64,000 bases of DNA from the human T2T-CHM13v2.0 reference genome, Homo sapiens (GCF_009914755.1 NC_060936.1); one strand, 5' to 3'; shown: positions 42,289 to 57,133, counted from the stretch's first letter. Translations and numbers: made by a program. Notes: generated from the letters alone by a model not told the origin.

Positions 42289-43549
42289 TAAAGCAAGACA
42301 AAGGCAAAGCAGACTGTTGCTTATCCACACCTTGCTCATGTTTTGACTTTCTAAGTTGTAAAGTGTGAAGACCTTGTTACAGAGATTAATAAGATATGGC
42401 CTTCAAATAGTTTCCTCTGCCTTTCTCCTTCTTTATAACTAAACAAGCTGTACATTTTCTCCCCCCTGTAAGTTTAGTTTAAAAATGAGCAAAGAATAGG
42501 TTTTTTAGTTTTTTCTTCTGTGGAAAATAGCAAATTGATATTTCTTTCTCATTCAAGGACAATAGGAGTGATTCCTTTCTCCCTCATTTCTTTGTGGCCT
42601 CCACATGTCTTTGAAAATATGTGTGTTCTAACTTAATTTTCCAATGTGGTGAAACAGACAAGTGTGTCTGACATGTATTGAACAGGAAATAAAAAAACTT
42701 TTTATTGCAGAAGATGTAGGGCCATCTGAAGTCAGGCAAACAGTTAATTAAAAGACATCCAACTATGCAAACAGGAAGAAATGGTCCAGCTGGGAAAGTG
42801 GAACAATTTGGAATTCAGTAAAATCTTGTTTCCAACATGTCTCTAAATTTAGAGAAATTTTTTTTTATTGAATGTTTACATAGAAGTGGAATAGGATATT
42901 TCTCTAAAAGTATTCTCATTATTCCCAAGGTAAGAATTTATTATTTTGTTTAGAATTTACATAAGGCATTGCGCTGTGCTTTGGAAATAATACTTGCAGA
43001 CTGAAACAAAAACAATTTTTTTTGCATCTACATTCAATAGAGATGAAAGCTTAGGTTACTATGGTATTTAACTTTTCAGATTAGCATGGATGAATTTTTT
43101 TAAATAGCAAAGATAAGCTCTAAAATAATTAGAATATTCTACAATTAGGTTGCTATAATTTTTAAAAAGGAACTAATATTCATTGCCAACCCTTTGGTAA
43201 TCAAAAGTATGTAGAAAAATGTAATCAAATGTTGGTACATGGCCCTCATTATTGTGAGTCAAATCATGTTCTCACAAAAAATGGTAGCTTATTTATCTAA
43301 CTTCAGTGTTCCTTGTAATGACATTTTGGGATAATTAAGGCAGCCTCCATTGAGCACATAAATGTTTTTCATAGAAAAATTTCTAAAATACTGTGAAAAC
43401 TTTCTTTTCTGTTAAGCTTATTACAGATAAATTCAACTTTTGCTAATGATTCAGGGAAATCTCAAGAGCATTTATTATTTTGTGGTGCTAGAAGATAGCC
43501 CAAAGTGCGAATGATATTATAACAATAACAATCATCAGAATATTTGTGA

Positions 43550-44010
43550 TTATATAGGATATTGTATGCAGGTATGCTTCCAACGGCTTGCTTGTATTAA
43601 CTCATTTAATTCTAATAAGAACATCGTGAAGTAAGTACTAGTATCATTCTCATGGTACAGATGATGTGACCAAGGCCTAGGCACAGAAAGGTTCCGTAAC
43701 CAAAGTGGCCCAGCCAAGAGGCTGTAGTGCCAAGATTCACTTTCAGGCAGTTCATTCCCAGAGCCTAACCTCTCAGCATTCATGTGTTACAGCTTCTAAG
43801 ATAAGTACGGGTTCAGAGTCAAGCCTGAATTTTGGCTTTGCTACTTGGAAGCTGAATGAGAGTAAGTTGCTTAACTTTTCTAAGTTCCAATTTCCTTATC
43901 TTAAAATGAGGATGATAATGGCACTAACATCACAGTGTGTTGCAAGGAAGAAATGATATACTGTAGGCAAAGAGCTTAGCACATAGAACGTCATCAAGAA
44001 ATATTAACTT
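43550..44010. mobile_element. Two oppositely oriented MIRs (minus about 43550-43780, plus about 43800-44010)
   Basis: ttaactcatttaattct...tacagatga; and ttccttatcttaaaatgaggatgataat...cttagcaca. Confidence 0.7.
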
Positions 44011-45605
44011 TTGTTGTTGCTTTTTATTACTCCTGTTATGTAAAAGAGTGAGAATCTGCAAGTGGTCTGTGATGTGGAGAACTATTTGCACACCTGAAAA
44101 ATGGACCTCAAATGGCTAATTTTTTTGAGTATGCATCTATAGTCTTTTCCTCGTTGATTATCTATTGTCACTTTTTGATGTTTACTCGTCAAGAATGTAG
44201 GTTCCAGAAATCCTGGCTTCACTATTTACAGATTTATCCAGTGGGAGGCAATCTACATCTCTTCTCTAAGCCACGATTCTTTTTCTATAAAATGGGGATC
44301 TATATTCTTATTGAAACAGTTCCATAAATTTCACAGTATCATGTTGTCCCTTTGTAATCTGGATAAGAATTTTGAGGAAATATTCTATATATTCAGATGT
44401 CTTCAATCTAACCTTCATAGTAGGTGATGTTTTCTATGATTTTATTTCCAAGTTTATCTACTTACTTCGGCATTTTAAATTTGGTCAGAACCAACTTATT
44501 CATTCCTTCTTATTTTTCCCAAATGCTTGATTGCTTATGTCTTCTGTATTTGTCTTTATTTCTTAGTACTGGCAGATTTGGTGTATCGGTTGCCATCATT
44601 TGGGGTGGTTTGGCGGGGAAAGGTTTCCCCAAGGGAGAAAGCATTTATATCTCTCCACCCCTTTGTGGGGAAGGCAGGCTGGCTTCAGTTACCACTTTTT
44701 GACACATTAATGTTTTTGAAATTGATTGTATGCATCAGTTCTTGAAATAGTTGAGTTCTACTCTCTATTTTCCTGACTGCTCTTAATTCAAACCAATTTC
44801 CTTTGGTTCTTTTGTTACTTGCATAAAGCATATTGTTGCTCTAAGAATAATGAAATGTAAATAATAATGAGACATGTTTTTAAAAGGAAAACACTATACA
44901 GTTGTCTTTAAATGAATTGTTAGATGTGAAAACAAGCTCAAATCAGCTTTTAAGCTCCTTCTCTACCTACATTAACAGTTACTAAATTTATTAGCCACCT
45001 TTTGCTAGCCAGAAAAAACGGTGTGGAAGACAATTTTGTAAGAAACCTGCTATCATAAAAACAGTCACATCATAGGGAGAAATGATGCATTTGAAACACA
45101 AAATCTATCACTGAATCTTTCACTTCTATAGCATTATTTTTAAGTTCTTAGTTCTCTATTTTTATGCCAATTATTTTAATTTTGATTAAGAAAATTTGGC
45201 AATTATTTGTCCATTGACAGTTTCGAATTTAAACCTTTTTGAACAGATGACATTTTCATATGGCTTTTAAAAATAAATATTAAAGAGGTAGCATTGAAAA
45301 GTCTCACTCTTAACCTGTTTTTGATAAAGTTCAGTTTTGTACACTTGCCCCATCTTCTTTTATTAAATTGGTATGTATCTTAGAAATATACAAATAAAAG
45401 CAAAGATTAATATATATCCATATTTCTTCCATTTCTTACACAGCTTGCTTTTGTTAGCAATATATTATAGACATCTTCCCCTGTGCATATCTAGAGATAA
45501 GAGATAAGTGGATATCATTGTTTATATAATCAGTCTTGGATAGATACACATTTGAGTTATTTTCCATTTTTTTGTGCCACAAAAAATGTAGTGAATAGCA
45601 TCATA

Positions 45606-45685
45606 TTAGGTTGGTGCAAAACTAATTGCAGTTTTTGCTATTTAAAGTAATGGCAAAAACTGCAATTACATTTGCGCCAACCTAC
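45606..45685. mobile_element. MADE1 (Hsmar1-derived 80-bp palindromic MITE)
   Basis: ttaggttggtgcaaaactaattgcagtttttgc...gcaaaaactgcaattacatttgcgccaaccta. Confidence 0.93.
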
Positions 45686-47718
45686 ATGTATGTCATCCAG
45701 AATGTGGGAAGTTTATCTGTAGGATAAATTCCTAGAATTGAGATTGCTTAGGTGGAGGGATCATGTACTTTGAAGTTTGGTAGTGATGGCCAAATGGCTT
45801 TCCATAGGGCACTGCACATGCCAATTAGCAAAGAAGAAGGTTCTTCTTTCTCAACTTTGCCAACAAAGTATGTTATCAAATGATAGGCTTTTGACCCCCG
45901 TTGTACATGAGAAGTGGTATATTCGTGCAATTTTGGATTTAGTTTGAGTGATGTTGAGTATCTTTGCACAGGTTTAAGGGTGTGAGTCTCTTTGCCCTGA
46001 ATTTCCAGTAGTTGTGTCTGTTAGATTTTTGTCTGTGATGTGAGTCACAGTTTCTTTCCCTAGTTTGTTACTTATTTTTTGGCTTCACTGGAAGTATTTA
46101 GTAGACGTTTTAAAATTTTTTATATAATAAATGTATCAATCTTTTATGGCTTTTGAATTTTGATAGCTGCTTAGAAAGGCCTTCCTCTGCCCAAAGTTAT
46201 AGAGGCATTTTGTCCATGTTTGCTTTAGTAATTTTGTGGTTTGATTTTTCTATATTTAAATTTGTAATTCTTTTGGATTCAACTTTAACTTTTTCCAGAT
46301 CATGATTCATTGTCACCACATCATGTATTTTATCTTTTCTTCACTAATGTGAGATGCTGTATGTATTTGGGCTTATTTTTGGACTTCAATTCTGTTCTAC
46401 TAATTTGTATGTCTACCTGCATCTCTGTAATATTCTACTTTTTTCATGAAATTCTAAATAATTTTAAAAGTTGTAGGTGCCTAGCACAGGGTCTCTGACC
46501 TCTTTCATGTATATGATTAATTGGAATAGTAAGTGTCTACTCAATGAATTGTTTTAGTATCTCTACATGTAGTTTGGCCATGCTAAATGAAGGAATGGGA
46601 TGATTTTTTGGATAGTTTATATGTTAGCAATGATAGGAATTAATGAGGACAGGGTTTCTTTTTAAAAAATATTCCAAAATTTGACATTACACGCAAACCT
46701 ATGACACTTAAAGAAATTAATTATCTGACTACAATGAAAATGCTTGTATGGATAACATTTCACTGTCTCTCCCCTATTGCAGTCCAGCCCTCTTCCTCTT
46801 CATTTTTGGTACTGCTGCCAGGGTGGGCTTTCTTACATATAATCCTGTCGGTCTTCTTATGACAATTTGGTGACTCTCCATTGGCTTGTGTGATAGCATG
46901 AAGTTACCATGAGTGGCAGCAAAGCCATCGAAAAATCAAAAAATAATTTTTGAGCACAGACTGTGTTTGTTGAGGAAGTGATACATAAAGGAAGGAACAA
47001 AATAACCTTGGCCCTGATCCCATGGAGCTTATGGTGTAATAGAAAAGACTGATATTAACCGATGATTACAGCAAAGTGTGATGTGGACTATGCCAAGATA
47101 TTAGGCTACCTATCTAGCATCGCCACCTATGACAAACTATTTGCAGTTCCCTGAATTGATTATTGTTGCTTATCTCCAGGCTTACACATTTGCAACATTT
47201 TTCTTGGAATACCTTGATACATTTGGATACATTTGACTGAGTCCTTCATGACTTGGTTGGATCAGCTTCTCTTATGGGAAACATTGTCATACCCTTTGCC
47301 CTTCCTTGCTGTCTTTCTTTTCAAATATTATTGAGTGTCTATTGTGTGCCAGACCCTGTGCTAGGTGCTGGATATATATGGTGATCCAGAGTAGTTGGAT
47401 TCTTGTTTTCACGTTGTACCAGACACTATGCAATGCATGGAAGATACAATTATAAATAAGCAAGTCCTATTTCTAAGGAAATGGTGGGGTGGGGGAGACA
47501 TATAAAGGAAAACGATAAAACATGATAGCAAGTGAAATGCTGGAGATATTCAGAGGACATTATACAAAAACCTGAGATAATCTTTTTGGGAAGGCTAGGT
47601 TCAAGTTAATGATTTTGGAGAAGGTGGCCCCTAATATGAGGCTTAAAGAATGATTAGGTGTTGGACAATTAAAGAGAATGAGAGTAGGATAGAGGGCAAT
47701 TCTTGGAAGGGAAGATAG

Positions 47719-48253
47719 TGAGAGGTGAAGCCAGCTGGGCTTCTGGGTCGGGTAGGGACTTGGAGAACTTTTGTGTCTAGCTAAAGGATTGTAAATGGAC
47801 CAATCAGCGCTCTGTGTCTAGCTAAAGGATTGTAAGTGCACCAATCAGCACTCTGTAAAATGGACCAATCAGAAGGATGTGGGTGGGGCCAAACAAGGGA
47901 ATAAAAGCTGGCCACCCCAGCCAGCAGCGGCAACCTGCTTGGGTCCCTTTCCACAATGTGGAAGCTTTGTTCTTTCGCTGTTGACAATAAATCTTGCTGC
48001 TGCTCACTGTTCGGGTCTGCACCACCTTTAAGAGCTATAGCACTTGCCGTGAAGGTCCACGGCTTCACTCCTGAAGTCAGCAAGACCGCAAACCCATTGG
48101 AAGGAAGAAACTCCAGACACATCTGAACATCTGAAGGAACAAACTCTGGACACACCATCTTTAAGAACCATAACACTCACCATGAAGGTCCGCGGCTCAT
48201 TCTTGGAGTCAGTGAGACCAAGAACCCACCGGAAGGAACCAATTCTGGACACA
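47719..48253 (+). mobile_element. LTR12-family (ERV9) solo LTR, short LTR12F-like form
   Basis: tgagaggtgaagccagctgg...ctggacaca; repeated ctagctaaaggattgtaa/ccaatcag; TSD atag at 47715-47718 and 48254-48257. Confidence 0.95.
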
Positions 48254-48493
48254 ATAGCATGAACAAAGGTTATGAAGTGAAAACTGGCAAGAACAGCACA
48301 GTGCACTGCAAGCAGTTTCTTGCAAGAGAGGCTTGTAGCCTGACCAGGCAGGTCTTTGTAGACCACGAGAGTGAGTACTTTATTCAAATGCAATGGAAAG
48401 CCATCTATGTGTTTTCAACAGGGAAATATCATGATTAACACTAGTAAAACATTACCCTGACATTTTAGCATAGAGGGATAAGAAGGAGCAAGA

Positions 48494-50785
48494 TTGAAGT
48501 CTGGTAATGTGATGGCTTCAGCTTTATTCTTTTTGTTTAAAATTGCCTTGGCTATTCGGACTCTTTTTGGGTTCCATATGAATGTTAAAAATTTTTTTTT
48601 CTGGTTCTGCGAAGAATGTCATTGGTGGTTTGATGGGAACAGCATTGAATCTGTAAGTTGCTTTGGGCGGTATGGCCATTTTAATATTGATTCTTCTGAT
48701 CCCTGAGCATGGAATGCTTTTCCGTTTGTGTCATCTCTGATTTCTTTGAGCAGTGTTTTGTAATTCTCATCGTAGAGATATTTCACGTCCTTAGTTAGCT
48801 GTATTCCTAGGTATTTTATTCTTTTTGTGAAAATTGTGAATGGGATTGCATTCCTGATTTGGTTCTTGGCTTGGTTGTTGATGTATAGGAATGCTAGTGA
48901 TTTTTGTACGTTGATTTCGTATCCTGAAACTTTACTGAACTTGTTAATCAGCTGAAGGAGCTTTTGAGCTGAGACTATGGGGTTTTCTAGATACAGAATC
49001 ATGTCATCTGCAAACAGGAATCGTTAGCCTTCCTCTTTACCTATTTTCTTCCTATTGCCCAATTACTCTGGCCAGGGCTTCCAATACATGTTGAATAGGA
49101 GTGGTGAGAGAGGACATCTGTGTTTTGTGCCAGTTTTAAAGAGGAATGCTTCCAGCTTTTTCCCATTTATTATGATGTTGGCTGCGGATTTGTCATAGGT
49201 GGCTCTTATTATTTTGAAATATGTTCCTTCAGTATGTAGTTTATTGGGTGTTTTTAACATGAAGGAATGTTGAATTTTATCAAAAGCCTTTTCTGCATCT
49301 ATTGAGATAGTCATGTGTTTTGTCTTAGTTCTGTTCATGCAAAGCTGGAGGCGTTACCACTTCAAACTATAGGGCTACAGTAACCAAAAGAGCGTGGTAT
49401 TGGTACAAAAACAGATACACAGACCAATGGAATAGAATAGGGAGTACAAAAATAAGGCCGTACACCTACAACCATCTGGTCTTCAACAAAGCTGACAAAA
49501 AAAAAAAAGCAAAGGGGATATGACTCTCTATTCAATAAACGGTGCTGGGATAACTGGCTAGCATATGCAGAAGATAGAAACTGAACTCCTTTCTTACACC
49601 ACGTACAAAGATCAACTGAAGATGGATAGATGGATTAAAGACTTAAGTGTGAAACCCAAGGCTATAAAAACTCTGGAAGACAACCTAGGTAATACCATTT
49701 GAAACATAGGAATGGGCAAAGATTTCATGATGAAGACCCCAAAGCGATTGCAACGAAAGCAAAAATTGACACATGGGATCTAATTAAACTTAAGAGCTTC
49801 TGCGCAGCAAAAGAAACAACAGAGTAAACAGAAAACCTATAGAATGAAAGAAAATATTTGCAAACTATGCATCTGACAAAGGTCTAATATACAGCATCTA
49901 TAAGGAACTTAAACAAATTTACAAGAAAAAATCCCATTTAAAAGTGGACAAAGGACATGAACAGACATTTTTCAAAAGAAGACATACATGCAGCCAACAA
50001 GCGTATGAAAGAAGCTCTGTATCACTGATTATTAGAGGAATGTAAATCAAAACCACAATTAGATACTGTTTCACACCAGTCAGAATGGCTATTAATAAAA
50101 AGTCAAAAAATATCAGAAGCTGGTAATGTTGTGGAGAAAAGGGAACACTTATATACCATTGGTGGGAGGATAAATTAGTTCAGCCATTGTGGAAAGCAGT
50201 GTGGGGGTGATTCTTCAAATAGCTAAAAACAAAACTACCATTCAACCTGGCAATCCCATTACTGGCCATATTCCCAGAGGAATATAAATCATTCTAACAT
50301 AAAGACACATGCACATGTATGTTTATTGCATCACTATTCACAATAGCAAAGACATGGAATCAACCTAAATGCTCATAGATGATAGACTGGAGAAAGAAAA
50401 TGTGGTATATATACATCATGGAATACTATGCAGCCATAAAAGAGAGAGAGGTCATGTCTTTTGTGGGAATGTAGATGGAGCTGGAGGCCATTATCTTTAG
50501 CAAACTAACAGAGGAACAGAAAACCAGATACCACATGTTCTCGCTTAGAAGCGGGAGGTAAATGATGAAAACACATGGACACACAGAGGGGAAACAACAA
50601 ACACTGGGGTCTACTTGAGCAGGGAGGGTGGGAAGAGGGAGAGAATCGGAAAAGATAACTATTGGGTACTGGGCTTAGGACGTGGCCAATGAAATGAAAT
50701 AATCTGTACAAGAAATCCCTGTGATACAAATTCAGCTATATATGCACATGTAGCCCTGAACCGAAAATAAAAGGTAAAAAAAAAG
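48494..50785 (+). mobile_element. 5'-inverted (twin-primed) old L1PA: inverted ORF2 segment 48494-49338, sense segment 49339-50785
   Basis: RT translation on minus ([16 protein letters not shown]; [11 protein letters not shown]), then plus-strand ORF2 end, 3'UTR and A-run. Confidence 0.92.
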
Positions 50786-50859
50786 AAGCAGTCTCTCTCT
50801 CTTTTGATGAAGGGTCTAAGGGGTGGGTCTTCGAAACCTGGAAGAGTGAAAAAAACATG

Positions 50860-51367
<508 letters not shown>

Positions 51368-51490
51368 TCAGATTTGGAGGAACTTGGCTCTCCTATGTAA
51401 TTGGACAATTGGACATTTGCAGTGCTACTTTGTGAGCATGAATGCTTGCTATAAACCAGAATTTTACAAATCATGACTCACCTTCATGAC

Positions 51491-52950
51491 TGTCATGGGA
51501 TCCTTAGGGTGTTGCTTCACCAGCCAGAAACCTCTGTGGCTGGCGGTGCCTCTGCTTCAGTTTTGCTTGTGCTCTCTGGGCTCATTCTTCCCACTCAGAC
51601 TGGCAGGCTGTGCTCGACTTGCACTACTGGCCCAGATCCCATGCCTGCCAAAGCCAGGTCCAGAGTGGCGAGAGGTGTGTGAGTGAGTGAGCGCAAGTTT
51701 GGGCCACTGCGCAGAGCCAGTCGTGCCGGCTGCGGTGGGGCGGGCAGCTCCAGATGCTGGCATAGGCGCTGGCTCTGTGTGAGGCTGTAGCTAGACCAGA
51801 CGTACTTCAAATGGCTTCTGCTGTGGGCACCAGTGTCTGGACAAGGGGAATGCAATGGCACCTGAAAGCTCAGAAATGTCAGGAACCGCAGAGCCCCATA
51901 GAGGGTGTTATAGTGTGTCACAGCCCTGGTTCTGGAGAGAAGGGCTGCAGCTCTTCTCTCCTCCTTGTCACTCACAACGTGGCAAGCGGGGGGCATGTTT
52001 CATCCCTGTTTGTGTTACAGCTCTTTCAGTCCTGCCATTTGGTGAGTCCTGAGTTCTTGTTCCACGCCCAGGAAAAATGAGGTAGTGGACAACTAGAGGG
52101 TGAGCAAGATGGAGAGGAGCTTCACTGAATGACAGAACAGCTCTCAGGAGACCCAAAGAGGGAAGCTCCTTTCGGCAAGGCAGGTTGTCCCTACCAGTGA
52201 GTGAGTTTGGCTGAGCCTGGGGTTTTTATGTGCTCAGGATGGAGGAGTGCATGCTGTTTCATCCATGGGTGGCCATGGACTGGCCTGGAAAATGCACCAT
52301 TGGATTGGCCAGTCATCAATGAAGTTCTCACTCCAGGCTGTGGACTTTGCCTGGAACTGGCAGTCTGGCCCCCAGGCTTCAGGTTGTCCCTGGCCTGAAG
52401 GTGGGGTTTCACTGGGGACCTGCCCCTTCCTGCCTAGGAGCCTGTCTGCCTCCCGACACCATCAGCATGCCGTCCATGGTGTCTAGGCTGTCTATGTTGA
52501 GGGACACCTGCAGGCTCATGCAGAGCTGCTCTCAGCCCTCTTGGCCTCACTCCCATGCTTGTTGGTGCCCAAAGTCCAGAGGGGGCCAAGGCAGCAAGGT
52601 GCTGGTGTGTCGGTGCTGCCCTGAGTGCATGCACACCTACCTGGGCTCAGCTGGGCCACGACTTTTTTCTGCCCTGGAGTGGGTGCCAGGAGCAGGAAGA
52701 GGCCAGCGGAGCAGGGGCAGACACTTTCAAGCCTGCAGAGACAGGGGGCTTCCTGGGTCTCTGAGAGTGCAGAGATGCCCAGGTCTGGAGTTGTGGCTGG
52801 GCAGCTGCAGCCCCAACTTGGTAGGGGGCATGACTCCCACCTGTTCCCAGAGCTTGCCAGCTCTGCAGAGCAAGCAACCCTGGCTGCGCCTCCCCTGCTA
52901 CAGCCTGCGTCCCTGCAGCAGCTGCTCCAGATAGGCCACCACCACCATCA
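51491..52950 (-). mobile_element. MER52-family (ERV1) solo LTR
   Basis: TG...CA termini, tgtcatgggatccttagggtgttgc end, GC-rich body; 4-bp TSD tgac/tgat. Confidence 0.85.
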
Positions 52951-53869
52951 TGATCACTGTTCAAGTGGCAACTGGACTCTCTAGGGAGATGATTTGCCCA
53001 GCATCAACACAGAGAGTCAGATCAAACAAAGCAAAGTAGAGCCTTTCCCCTCAAGGTAACTTAGACACATGAGGAAGGGCGGTCTGTGACGCACTGAAAG
53101 ACATATGCACCAGAACTTCTTCAGATAAAATTGTATCTGCTTTTCTTTCTAATTGTGGTAAAATATACAATATAAAATTTACCATCTTCACCAAAACGAT
53201 AGAAGAAGAAGGAGCAAGACTACAAATGGGAGCAGGACAAGTTAGATCATTTTTGTGAGTTCTAGTGCAAAAGGAAAACTGTGATGATGTAATGGATGAG
53301 GATGGTGTGGAAGGCAGAAATGCAGTATGATATGGCATGGCAAAGAGCCTTTGACACATTTAAGCAGGGAAATGGTGTGTTCGATGGATCATCCCTAGTG
53401 GATAGGTAGGAGTTATGAGGGATTTGAGAATTATGAGATTAGAGAAAGGAAGATGAGTTTGGAGGCCATGGCAGTACTGTAGGTGAGAGACCACGAGAAT
53501 GTGAACCAGTGTAGTCAAAAGTAAGGAGAAAGTAGAAGGGGGAGATAAGAAAACCGTACTGAAGGTAGAATCACAGGACTTGATGAGAGATGAGATGTGC
53601 AGATGATTGAGACAAAGGGTTTCAGAAATGACTAGTGCATTCTGTAGAGAATGTAGTGGTTTTTGTGTAATTATCTTTATTGAGGTCCATTTGCCCAACA
53701 CCATTACCTCTCACCTGACTTGGGGTCTGAAGCAGCACAGCTAAATAACAAGAACAAAACAAATCCTCCAAATCCAACTCCAAAAGCACTGGTAAATAAT
53801 GGAGGCTTTGGAGCTTTTCTAATTATTGTTCCCTGTGCTTGTGTATTTTAAAATTTCTTTTATATATGT

Positions 53870-54090
53870 AACATTTATTGAGTGCTCACTGTGTCATGTG
53901 AGTTTTAAACAACTGACATGCATTAGCTGATTTATTCTCAGAACAACCCGTGAAATAGGTTGTGGTTTATTTCCATGTATACAGATAAGGCAACTAAACT
54001 ACAGAATGATTAGGTAATTTCCAGAAGATTCCCCAGTTAGTAGTGGCAGTTGGGCCTCGAACTCAAGAAGCCTGTCTTCAAAACTTGTGA
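53870..54090 (-). mobile_element. MIR
   Basis: catttattgagtgctcactg...tacagataagg. Confidence 0.7.
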
Positions 54091-56442
54091 TTGTAATCAC
54101 TGTACTTTGTAAATAGAATTGTTTTAATTTCCCTTTTTTGTTTATTGTTGGTGTATAGAGAAGCACAACTGATTTTTGCATGTTAATCTTGTACGCTGCA
54201 ACTTTGCCAGATTCATTTATTAATTCTAATAGTTTTTTTTTCTGTATTCTTCTGGGTTGCTGGTCTGAATTTTGTTATGGTTTTTTTCTTTCCAAATGTA
54301 TTGCTACTTATTTTAGAATATCCAAGGCCTTTAAAAGATCTTCTGTAGTTTTAAAATGCTACAGAAAATGTGCTTTTTATTTTACTTTTTGTGTTGTTGG
54401 TTACATTTTCAAGTGCTCAAGAAGTAGTATGTTAAAGACAAACAATACTGTCATCAGCTAAGACCACTGAAAAATTCTGAGTTGATTTGTTTTGGTTGGA
54501 GAATTACATGGAGTTAATGCGATCATAGTTACTCTGATCAAATGACCCTCATCCAACTAGGTAATTTAGGTGGCCCACTCATCCTGGCAAATTATAACTG
54601 CTCAAATCTGTTCCTGGTTTGAAGGAAATGTAGCTATTTAACTTCCTTTCAAAGTAAAAAAGTAACTTGTTTCTCTCTCTCCTTTGCTAATTTATGGTTT
54701 CCTGACAGTTGGGGTTGATTTTTTGTCTCCCAAATGGGGTTTCCCCCCCCATCCCAATTCCATTTTGAGTTTTAAAATTAATTTTCCTTTCATTGTTATG
54801 ATTCACTCATAAGACATATGTTGAATTTTATCAGCTGTTAAGATGCTGAGAACACATTTGTCCCCCCCACCATTTTAGTGTCTGACCTAGAACAGTGCTT
54901 CTTGTTATTGCAGCCTTGACCTTAGCCCTTGTTTATGATAGATGTACAACAAATGGATCATGTCCTAGCATCTTAAGACTCAAAGAGAGACCTTGGAGGT
55001 CATTTTCTGGTGAGAAACTAACCCTCACTCCCCACTTCTAGTTTCAGAATTTCAATGCATATGTTGATTTATATGGTGCAGTTCTCAGTCTCAACTTAGA
55101 AAAATGAAGACATTCACATCCAAGGCAACAGAGAGTAATAAATAAGCACTAATCGCTTGCGTTTAGATAACAGGGCTCCTTGATTCTCAATGATAGAGGG
55201 AAGAAATGAGCAAAAAGCAAAAACCACAATTAGGGCGATGGCTTAGGAATCTGGCATCATAGCTTTTCTAAAGATACATCACTGAATTTGCTACCATTCA
55301 AGCAGATATTCAGTGTACTAAGTTCCCTCTGACAGCATTATGGTTTAGCTCTGTACCCATGAATTCATATATAGGGGCATCTGGGTTGCAGTGTTCCGAA
55401 CATCCCTCACATATTCTCACTGACACTATAGTCTGCAATTCCTCCCGTATTTCACTTGCATTTTTTATTGAATTATGACTATCTGCAGATTCATTTCTTT
55501 ATACCTAATAAACTTCAATAAGTGGAAAAAAGTAACGTTCTTTATTTTAGACTAAAGTGTGCTTTCAGATATTACAGCAGAAAACTCATTATCGACTGCA
55601 TTAGTATGATTAAATTTTTCTGTCTTGTATTTTACTCAAACTTCAGTATTTTGTTGAAATGCATTTTGTTGCATTTGAAAACTTCTATGACCTTCTTCCT
55701 ACGTTTCTCAAGATTTGCTAGAGGTAATAGCCACAAACTTATACTATAGTTAAGAGAGAATATTTAGTTTTCTAAAAATAGTGTCTTATAAATGTGCTTT
55801 CAATGATTTAAGCACAGATACTTAGATTATATCTGTAGATCTAGGACTTCCAGTATAAAGGGAGAGAAGTTGCATACAATTTATTGATATTTTAGGATAC
55901 ATGTTTTTTCCAAATGACTTAAGCCTCTTAAATGAATGGAGGGAAAAAGCTTTTTTAGATGTTCCAGCTTACATGGCTCTTCCAGGCCTCAGCTGCATTT
56001 TTAGGTTAAGATGGCCCAGTGAGGCCTGGCTTGATGGAACCCTGTTTTGTCCAGCCACTCTCTGTCTCACTTCTACCCCCTCTGTCCCTAGTACTTGTAC
56101 TGATGCTTCTTAGGTAAAGACCTTTGCACCATTATGTTCTTTGTCCCAGGAATGATCCTTCTTTTACTATTACCCTGCCTAAAGTCTTCTCAAGCCTCAG
56201 CTTCTCAGCCTTTATCTTACTTCTTGGGTAAGCTTTGTCTGATCCTCCACTCCATCCTCTAGTTGTTCCTCCTTGGCTCACTCTCATGATAACCTGTAGA
56301 TTTAAGGAAAAGTACTTACTTGTCTATTTTCTGAAAAGCACACGCCAAACTATAATTAAATACTTATTTTTCTTTTTATATTAGTCTGTAAGCTCTGGAG
56401 GGCTTTTCTCTCCCCAGTATCCTATAGGCTGGTAGAGGTTTT

Positions 56443-57133
56443 TGTTTGTTTGTTTGTTTTTCTTTTCTTTTCTTTTTTAAATTTTACTTTAACTTCTGGG
56501 ATACATGTGCAGAACATGCAGGATTGTTACATTGGTATACATGTGCCATGGTGGTTTGCTGCCCCTATCAATCCGTCATCTAGGTTTTAAGTCCCACATG
56601 CATTAGGTATTTGTCCTAATGCTATCCCTCCCCTTGCCCCCCATCCCCCGACAGGCCCTGGTGTGTGATGTTGCCCTCCCTGTGCCCATGGGTTCTCATT
56701 GTTCAACTCCCACTTATGAGTGAGAACATGTGGTGTTTGGTTTTCTGCTCCTGTGTTAGTTTGCTGAGAATGGTGGTTTCCAGCTTCATCCATGTCCCTG
56801 CAAAGGATATGAACTCATTCTTTTTTATGGCTGCATAATATTCCATGGTGTATATGTGCCACATTTTCTTTATCCAGTCTGTCACTGATGGGCATTTGGA
56901 TTGGCTTCAAGTCTTTGCTATTGTAAATAGCGCTGCAATAAACATACGTGTGCATGTGTCTTTATAGTAGAATAACTCATAATCCTTTGGGCATATACCT
57001 AGTAATGGGATTGCTGGGTCAAGTGGTATTTCTGGTTCTAGATCCTTGAGGAATCGCCATACTGTCTTCCACAATGGTTGAACTAATTTACACTGCCACC
57101 AACAGTGTAAAAATGTTCCTATTTCTCCAAATC
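56443..57133 (-). mobile_element. 5'-truncated L1PA (about PA7-8)
   Basis: Antisense 3'UTR and ORF2 end (WIKKMWHIYTMEYY); TSD ctggtagaggtttt at 56429-56442 and 57134-57147. Confidence 0.95.

Noticed and set aside
42700-42935. Acceptor (ttttattgcag) and donor (caag|gtaaga) pair suggesting an exon
   Set aside because: No convincing reading frame or other support; such pairs are common by chance
50775-50795. aagaagcag as the 3' TSD of the inverted L1
   Set aside because: Only a partial match; the exact 14-bp match with L2 continuation is at 53206-53219
51473-52984. Many 65-195-aa ORFs on both strands
   Set aside because: All lie in the GC-rich MER52 LTR, where stop codons are rare
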